Of a DNA stretch of 64,000 bases, positions 54,250-64,000 are shown one piece after another; within the stretch, counting starts at the first letter, position 1, and every line of letters starts with the position of its first letter. Source of the DNA: the human T2T-CHM13v2.0 reference genome, Homo sapiens. The stretch is from NCBI RefSeq assembly GCF_009914755.1, contig NC_060926.1, one strand, 5' to 3'. The notes beneath the pieces are model-generated. The model did no database searches. It saw only the letters and a program-made list of their open reading frames with translations, and was not told where the DNA came from. The position numbers and the translations under genes are program-made.

Positions 54250-55705
54250 ATACATGATATTTTTAAGACAACAATAATGAAACCCTGTTGCAATAGCATT
54301 AGTACTTTATCAAAAATCACTTAATGTTCCTCAGCCTAAGTCTACAAGACAATTTTTTTAGTATCGTCTAAGTTGAACAAGAAGGTACAGAAGAAGCTGA
54401 GATAGTTTAAACAGTTTATGTGAAAATGCACAGCTAGTAAGTGGCTAAGTTTGAACTCTATTGGTGCTGTCTTTAGATTAATGAGTTATACCCACACTGC
54501 AATCACTTCATTAGATAGGAATTCTTTCTTTTCCTTTACCCCCTTATCTGCCTCATCCTAAATATTATTAGGTAGTTTATAGCCTCTTCTTTAAAATTAG
54601 TCTCCCCCTACTCTAAGTTCTTACACAAAGGGCTGACACTGTGTTGAGACAGAAGACACCATCAGACATTAATTAGAAAAAAAAATTCACCTGTGGAAAA
54701 AATCAAGAAGCCATTTTAGAAACAAATGGATCAAGAGTTAGGTCTCCACGTGGGTTTTCCATTATTAGGTACATCCCAGGAAATGTTCCTTAAAACTTGA
54801 TAGTTTGGTATTCAACAAAAGGGCTCCATAATCAGATTAGAATACACTGAATTAAACAAAATTAAACATGTTTTCATACCTCAAGACTTGTCAGGGCCTT
54901 TAGTAGGCTAATGTGCACTCGTACACTGAAAGGTAAAGGGATATAATTTCTGACTTTTACCAAATTTTACCTTCAGAATACTTTTCTCTCACACCACTGT
55001 TCTACAGAGCCTGCTTTGGGGAACAAGTCTTTATCATGAGGCTTGGTTTGGTTTCAGGGTGTTCAAATAGCATCATTCCTCTAGAAGCTTATAATCAAAG
55101 GCAGTGGGGGTGTGGATACACTATAATAGAATAGAGTCTGGTATGTGTTTCAACAAGGTATAAATATAATAATGTGGCATCAATAGAGGCTAAAAAAGAA
55201 ATTTTGCCTGGAAGAGTCATGGAAGGGTTGACATTGAGCTAGAAGCATAGAGTGACACAAATAGAGGATCATCTCTACAGCAGGTATTTTGAAATCTCAG
55301 GACAGATGCAATAGTTTAACTAGATTTTTTTAACGCAATCTGCCCAGAATGAGACATCAGTATTTTTGTGAGAAAAAAGAAGAGTTACTTCTTTAAGTAA
55401 TGCTTGCTTCTTTCATTAGTTCAGTGCTAAAGGTTACCCGAACAGTCATCTCACAGCTAAGAAATATTCCCTTCAATGTAGACACGTTACCCCATTATTC
55501 TGCAAAATGTACTGTCCCCAAACGTCTCCCAATTTGCCATCTGTTCCATTGATCAGCAGAGGTGCAATCGCTAATCTCAGAAACTCTAGTTTACTGAATT
55601 CGAGCTAAATGTCAAGAGCAATTTTTAAATATTATACTATACATTGAAAAAATACACCTCTGATGAAACCCAGACTGTTTTACAGAGACAGATTCTTTGG
55701 AAAAA

Positions 55706-55708
<3 letters not shown>

Positions 55709-55744
<36 letters not shown>
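55709..55744. repeat. (CA)n microsatellite
   Basis: Directly visible. Confidence 0.96.
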
Positions 55745-55746
<2 letters not shown>

Positions 55747-58700
55747 ATAGTATACAACTAATGACTAAATCAAGTCTTCTGTGTCTGTAGTACAAAGCAC
55801 ACATTCATCCCCTAATTGAATAAATATGCAAGTATTCAGATTTCTGAAGATATTGCCATTTTGCAAATGCAATAATAAATTAAAAGCTTTACATCGCATT
55901 CCACCCACATATAAAGGGTTGATTCAGGCCATTGGCCCCACATAATATCTAGCACGGCTATGTATTGCTGACTACAAAGAAAAACTTTTTATCCTAGTTG
56001 CTTAGTTATAGACTAAGCAATAATGCTCATTTTTTTTCGACTCAAAAGCTGGAGGAATTCAAATGGGACTAAAAAAGAAAACACGAGGTTGTTGCATTTG
56101 ATTTGTCCAATGTACAGGAGAACATAGCTGACAGAATTTCTGTTTAAATCAACTCGGCAGACACAAAAATAATTAATTCAGCAAGGAAGGTTTTCTTTTG
56201 GCTCATTTCAGTGACGTGATGTAAGATTCAGTCACTGGGTGCTACATTCTCCCTTTCTTTAAAAAGGAGATTTGGGCCAGGTCGTTGTCTCTTTCACAAT
56301 TCACCAAATTAAACTAACTCAAGAGGCTATGACTGGAGCTGACATAAACCAGGGCTCTCCTCATACTCTTAAGTGTAGCGACCACAGCCTTAGAGAAAAA
56401 CCAAAAGTACCAGGTCAATTACAGCCTGCTCATTGATTCAACAAATGGATTAACAGCCATGTTTTCATCCATGAGCAGAACATCTCGAAAACCTAATATG
56501 GCAGAATGGAAACCTCCAAATGGCCAGTGGTTATTCTGGTGTAGCTGAAATGGGCTCGTTTATGATCATAAACATTCTTGAGCCTTCACAAACATCGAGG
56601 CTTCTGAAGCCCTGGCAATCAGCACACAAACTGCTTTAGAAAAGAAACAGAAAGAGGCTCAAGCCTTTGAGAGGCTGCCACTTTTGTAAAAAATCTCTCT
56701 CTGCCCCCAGCTTTGTTTGACACCCAACAAATTTCTTTAATCAAAATCACTCCTTTCTCTTCTACAGATAAATTCCTGGAAAGTGTAAAGGGAAGAAAGC
56801 CCCTCCATTGGGAAATAGGTTGGTGTCAGGCTACTTGCTTGTCTGATTCTTCACAATGATAAAGGTAGGTCAAGGGCAGAGAATTTGCAACCAGTGTGTG
56901 AAACGAATGCCTTATCAACAAGACTAGCATCAGGTAGCTTCTGGATGCGTACCCAAAAACGTCCCAAAAAATTAGCTATCTTGAAATAGAAGCTGGCTGT
57001 ACCGCCAGGGTGAACCTTATTGCTTTGACCTATATCAACAGCACAAGAGAAAGGCAAGGAATTACCAAGCCATAGTAGGAAAGATTTTAACGGCAACAAA
57101 TGAAACAGAGAAGTACCCAATGCAACAATTTTTAATGACTATATCCCATCCACATAACAAGTCCTTACCCCCTGGATGAGCAAACAACCATCATTTTGCC
57201 TTGGCAGCTAAAGAATTTGAGATTATTGTTAGCACTGTGGTCCCAAAAATGACAAGTGAAATCAAAAGCAGTCTTGAGTTTTGTGTACACATATTAACAC
57301 TTAAATGCTTCTTCCTAATAAGTTTCAGGATTAACAAATGTTTGTCAAAAGGAACTGTGCTGAGCAATTGAAATCTAATTTGAAATGGAACCACGATAGT
57401 CTAATACATATATGCATGAAACGAAGAAGCTTCCTAATAGGCGTAGCTGACACCAAATATGCAATTTACATACATTACACACTAATAATCTCAATTTTAA
57501 TATTATTCTTTAAAAGCAACTGGATGGGTGGTAGAGTTAAAGGTTTGCTTTTGTAAAATGTGAATAAGAACAAAAAGTCGATCCTGGCATTTTATGCCAT
57601 TAACCACAGTCTTATTAGTGTAAAGAGCTATCTGCTCTTTCTGGGTCTATTTCAGAGATGGTATCTCATCAACACAAGTCTGTGATGATTCAGCCGAACT
57701 TACTAGATGAATGGTGGATAAACTTGATGAGATCTGCAGACCTCTTCTTTGTTCCTGAGTGTTGCTGAGTGGTGGGCAAACATTCAGGCTTTTTCAAGCC
57801 CAGTACACAAATCTTTATGAGAATTTTTTCTTTCCTCAGTAGATTATCCATGAAATAGGACAGGTGTACTGGTTATTCAATTACATCTTACCCAAGACCT
57901 GGACAAAATTTGAAACAAGGCCTCACAGCATAGTTCTTACCATGGGGATTTATTAATAACAGTTAAAGGTTCTCTAAAACAAAACTTTTTTTTTTGTAAT
58001 TTAAGCCTATTTTCTTATTTTGTCATTGGTTTCACTCATAAACCAGAAACTAAAATCTGCCCATCTGTTCTAAACATAAAATGTGTTCATAATAATCCAG
58101 ATTTATACCAAATGTATTTGTAAGTATTGCTGAAATGAGAGGAACTCAAAATTTATGGGCTCTGAGGTTGCAAACAGAACTTCCTCTTTTCAGGGAGGAA
58201 AATGCTTAAAATGAATGTAGGAAAGGCTCAGAAAGCTTCTTGGATATCAAACGGCTTCATAGGGAAAAAAATGTCAGTGATATAAGAGTAAATGAATCAA
58301 AACCATATGGATCAAATTTTCCTTAAAATACACAGTTTGAAAAATTAAGGAGGAAAAGTGCTTGGCAAAAATGTGTTTTAGGTTTTACCAAACCCAAAAC
58401 ATTTGAAGAATCATTTGCAATGGTTGATGAACCCTAAATGCAGCCAAGTTGGCCCATTTTGTATACTACAAAACAATAGAAAAGATTCCTATAAACAGTG
58501 TAACCCACTGATACTGTATTTCACTCAGGAAATCTTTAGAAACTGTTACCAAAGAACTGTGGAGTTTGTAGAAGTCGGGTGGGGGGTGAGGCATGAAATG
58601 ATAAAAGTTTGTTAATTTAATTGGTCTTGTTTTGGGGGTTTGGCTATGTGTGTCTTGGGGGTAGGGGAACAGTCAGGGTAGTATTTCTTGCAAAGAAAAG

Positions 58701-59794
58701 TTAATTAGAAGAACATGGGCCAAATGTTAATTAGCCTCACATCTTGAGCATATGGTAGTACTTCCTCGGTACTCCATATTCCAAGGCAGCATTCCTTTTT
58801 CCTCCTGCATGTGTAGGAAGGTGCTGGTAATGTACTCTCTGGGGATGGAGGGGAAATAAATGGTCTGTATTACCCCATGCACTATATTTTCCTCACATCA
58901 ACAGAACAGAAACTTTCAGAAGGATGGTACTACAGAAGACAGCCCGTGTTGCAGTGAGTTAAATGCTTCCCTTCCCAGAGCGTATTTTGTCATTCATTAT
59001 AAGCCCCATCTCCAAAAAGGTTATGCAGTTCAAACAGCTATCCAGAGATGGTGGAAAATTTTGAGGTCATTAGCCTGTCTCCACCCTCTCACGCATCACT
59101 GAGAATCTCGCCTTAAATTCCCTGACACATGCAGCCTTTGATAGAATGAAAAGCCAAGCCCACCATTTGTGAAGCCATTCAACCATGGCTGCAAGAAAAT
59201 TCAGTCGAATATCACTGGGGCAGCCCTTGGGAAATTTCTTAGGACATTATGCTTCCTCTGGTGCTGACCAGCCACTAAAATGTGTAATTTGTGTTCATAG
59301 AAGAACTAGTAAGAACTAGACAAGACATAGAGTTGGCTCTTAACCCTGCCACTAGCTCACTCCATCAATTAAATGATTGTGTTGCCTTGGCCTCAGTTTT
59401 CCAATAAGCAAAATGAAAATATTCCCCAGATATTGTTGCTGATTCCCTCAGAACAAGAAAAACTTGCCAATGATTAAAAAATGCACAGACCCTTTCAGCA
59501 ACTTGAGGAGGAACGACATCAGAGTTTCTAAAGGTTGCTGTTGGTATTCTGAGATTTAGGCTGTCACAAATACAGATCAGTCCATTGCCAAGCTCTGACC
59601 ATCTGGACAGGTGTGACCTCCCTGAGACACTGCTTCACACCAGCCCCTCATGAAGCTGAGACCTTCTCTGAGGAAAGGACTGAGGGCATCTATGATGCGC
59701 CATTTGGCAAATGGCTGTAATTCCCAGCCTTTGCTCAAGGGAAAAGATACATTAGAGACACAAAACAAAAACCAACTATTGTACACATACACAA

Positions 59795-59795
59795 A

Positions 59796-59831
<36 letters not shown>
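59795..59831. repeat. (CA)n(GA)n compound microsatellite
   Basis: Directly visible. Confidence 0.95.
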
Positions 59832-62800
59832 TGCTTTGGCTATCCTTATAGTGTCTATTAATTCCTTGATGAGAAACTAGAAAGCCCACTCTACAATCAT
59901 TCACACATACTCTAGCTCACAATTTCCAAGTGTGGATGGCAAACAATACATCAATTTCAATGGCTCTAGGGAAAAAGTCGAATAAAATGCAGAAATATTT
60001 TTAACATGTCAAATAGCTCCACCAGAGAGATCTACAGTGAACTGATCACAGTGACTCAAAAAACTATAACCAATTCGGTGTAAATTGACAGATGGCAGAA
60101 GGCCTATGATGACACGTAAAGACAGAGAAAAGGCAAGATACAAAGTTGTATGCACTACTTTCTACTTTCTCAATTATGTTTCTAAAGGAGGCATAAGAAC
60201 CTAAAAAGCTAGAAGGCAATATGCAAAGATACTCATGGTAGTTGCCTTGGGGGTTGTTTTTTCTACTTTATAGACACTTTTTAAGCAAATTTTTTTTATT
60301 TATCTACAATGAACATCCAATGCTTTTAATATGAGGAGAAGATAGAAGATTAATGGAAATTAAACTTAGCAAAAAGAGCATAAATTGACCTGAACAGAAA
60401 AGTTTTAAAAAACTAGTCTCTACTAAATTATTTTATAATATGACTAAAACCTCCTGCATCTGTTTTTTTATGAAACCTGTTTTCTCTTCATTCAACTCTG
60501 GACTATAATGGACAAGATCCTAGACCAGGAACCAGGAATCCTAGATTCTAGTCTTAATTCCCTCCCTATCAATCCTTTGGCTGGCAGAAGGTGACAATCA
60601 TTTTGGGCCTCAGTTGGTTTTTCTGCATATTAGATAACCAGACAGAGGTAGAGGAAGTAGAAGAGTAAGTAGTGAGGAAAAGGAGAAATGGTAATCATAA
60701 CGCTATTAGTTATTCTCAGTTAGCATAACACTGTCCGTGTTATATGATCCAATATATTCATAATCACTCTATGATAAGCAGTGACTTATAGGTCACAAGC
60801 CTTTCTCTAGTCTCTTCTTTAGTTAACAAGTAAACCAGGGTGTTAGACATGAACTCGTTGCTTCACATTTTTCTTTAAAATATTTTTAAGAAAGCCAGAC
60901 AAGCAAAAGTAGTGTAGGCACCTCTTGTTTAAACAGTGTCATTACAGAGAAGTGATATAGCCCAAAGTTTACAGAAATCTAAGTTTGAATCCAATTTTCC
61001 TACTCCACTGTTGCATAAATATGTTTGGCAAGATACTGATTTGCTCATTGTCCTTTGCTCTTTAACTTTGCCTGAGGAAATAAGGAGGAATTTCATATTA
61101 TTTGTCTCTTTTCTAACTCAGTGGGGTTGCTACAAAAACCAAGAGAACATAAATTCCTAGTGGTGGTTTGAGGTGGAAATGTATGGCAGAAATGCAAAAT
61201 ACCCTGCATATTGCAATGTAATAAAGAATTACCATAATATGTAAGATATAGTAAAGAAATACAGGAAAAATGCCTATGGAATTTTCCGTTGCTTAGTATT
61301 AGAATGATTTTGCTCTACCATCAACTCCAGAATCATAGCCAGGCTTCTTGAAGTCAAGGATTAATAGTTAGGAGATCACATTCTAGCAATTCTACTTATG
61401 TGATACTTATATAATACAAAAGAATACACATCATAACATACAAGATAATACACTTATACAAGAAAGTACCAGTTTCACTTATAGAATACAGGTTCTTATT
61501 AGTTTTATTGCTATTGAATAAAATAAGGTACTAAGAAATGCCAATGGAATCTGGGATCTCACCTTGCAGAAGCAGCTAGGGCAGGAGTTTACTTTTATTA
61601 AAACTTTCAACCAAATCATGTTCATGAAAAGCTTTTCTACAGCCCCCAAAACTACAAATCTTAAAAAATCGCGGAGATAAGTACTTCTGATGTTACTTCT
61701 AAGTTGTGGAAGAAGCTCATATGCCATGAATCTGGGTATTTTAAGGATGACTCTATCAATATAAGTCCATGATTTTCATGCAGAAATCACATTCACAAAT
61801 GCCAGTACTTGGAAATAAAATGTATTAAAGTCCTGTAGGAAGCACTTTCATTGTTTTCATGTTGTTATTTTTCAGCTGAGGTTTAAAGCCACCTCATAAT
61901 TTTTTTTTTATCCCAGGATGTGCTATAGGAATCTATGAAACTTAATTACATTTACTGTTACAAAAAAGGATTTATGAACTTTTGCCTTTAGGCGGAAATG
62001 TTTATTTCATTGCCTTTGCTATCCATTCTTTTCAACTCCTCCGGCTTTGAACTTTTCAGCTGCTCACAGTTATCACTGTCTTGCAGAGCCCAGGAATTCC
62101 ACTCCCAAGACACACACCACAAGTTGAAGAAAACGAAGAGGCAAAGATATACGAGTCGTTATTTTGGCCACCCTTTGTGCCATTAAAATCTCATTTTCTG
62201 CCTATTAGAATGCCCTCTTGGTGCTTAGGCAGCGGTGATAGTCAGTGATTAGTGTGTAATTGAGTATAATTGTCTTTTCACTTTTCATTTGTGTCATTCT
62301 GAGCTTCTCTCTGTTTTTCTAACCACCAAGAGGAAAAAGGGGGTTGAGAACAGATAAAGCTGTTCAAACTCTCTGAAGAGATTCTCGATTGCAATTATAG
62401 ATTGCAACCCCTTGTGACATTTCTCCAAATTTAGTGGGCAGCTATCCTTGCCACCTGGGCCAAGCACTCTCTAATAAAATCAAGGGATCTGTATTTAAAC
62501 AACTGCTAATAATGTCAACCTCAGACAGATGCCACATGTAGGAAATTTAACCAACCCTCTCACATGCAATTATCAAGGCAATTTATTAATGTGATCTCCT
62601 AAGAAAAGCTCATAGTCCAATGCAAATTAGAAAAACAATTACAACATTCAAATATTTATATAGTCCCAAAGAGCAGTAATTCCCCTAATTTGTGCATTTA
62701 TAACTCGTTTATTCCAGAGTTCGTAGTCATCAGCTGGGTCTCTCTCCACAGGACTTGTTTGCTTCCTCTCTGATTGTTTTGTCAAAGCTTTAGTGTTTTC

Positions 62801-63163
62801 TTATGAGGTGCTTTTGATTGAAACCTCATCAATTTAAAACCTTATCAATTGATTGAAACCTTATCAATTTTAAATACAATTTAAAACAAAAAAACAAAAC
62901 AAAAAACCTGCCACTGTTTGCAAGCTTCTTAACCAAAGCCCAGAACTAGGATGGAGAAGACAAAACATGGCAAACACCTTCACAGCTAAATATGAACACA
63001 AAGTCTCCAAGATTATATCAAAAATCACTTGAATTTTAAGTCTAAGCTACAACTTTTGATGAAGCCAGTAGGAAGGGTGGAGAGAAAGGAAACCAGAAAA
63101 CTGAAATCATGTGGCTTCTATAAAGAATACATTATGGTTTAAATTTGGCAATTCATTACACTA

Positions 63164-63472
<309 letters not shown>

Positions 63473-64000
63473 TCATGTTTTCTTTTAGGCCAGCAGAGAA
63501 AGTTCAGTGCAAAAGTTCATCAGCCACCAGGCCATCAGGAGCATCTATTGATCAAATCAAATGTTCACTTCAAACTGCGTTTCTTAACCTGCAGGTGTAG
63601 AATCACCCATAACAGATACAGTCACACCTATCTCTGCACATACTTGTAAGTAACATATATACTCTCACGGCAGGCTCACCCAGAATACTAATGCAGAAAT
63701 CATATTAGCAATGCTAACAAGCATATTTTGGTAGTGAATGTTATTCATCAATATGAGAATTAACCAATATAAGGACTGCAAGTCTCAAATTTCTTATCAA
63801 ATATACTTTTAAAGCACCTAAATATTTGTGTAATAATATAGTTTCAAATGCCTGGAATGTTCTTTCATAATCCAAAATAATCGGATCTTACAATTTAACA
63901 TTATCCCATTCACCTCTGTGTGCTAACAAATAATGACTTTGTCAAAGCTTACCTTCCCTCTATTATTCCTACAGTTAGTAAGCATCATTGAATTCCAGTT

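Overview
Primate (most likely human) genomic DNA carrying the 3' end of the PAX3 gene on the minus strand. It includes exon 7 (63233-63447), the 17.9-kb intron 7, exon 8 (45050-45296), the short exons 9 and 10, and a ~1.3-kb 3' UTR ending near 42990. The ~43 kb downstream is intergenic and dense in Alu, L1, L2, MIR, MaLR/ERVL LTR and DNA-transposon relics plus microsatellites. The C-termini of five known isoforms (c, d, e, g, h) can be rebuilt exactly from the splice sites. I found no evidence of a new gene or a multi-gene system. The best leads are: (i) the exon 7/8 junction recreates a 5' splice site (CAG|GTAATG), a possible re-splicing route to exon-8-less isoforms; (ii) a possible vestige of the PAX7-like C-terminal tail just past the PAX3d stop; (iii) a tiny L1-mobilised, processed LTR12 fragment with poly(A) tail and target-site duplication (TSD); (iv) interleaved poly(A) signals and miR-1/206 sites; (v) an old ~135-bp local duplication and an inverted Alu pair in intron 7. 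Repeat subfamily names are recognised by eye from memory of consensus sequences and need RepeatMasker/Dfam confirmation.
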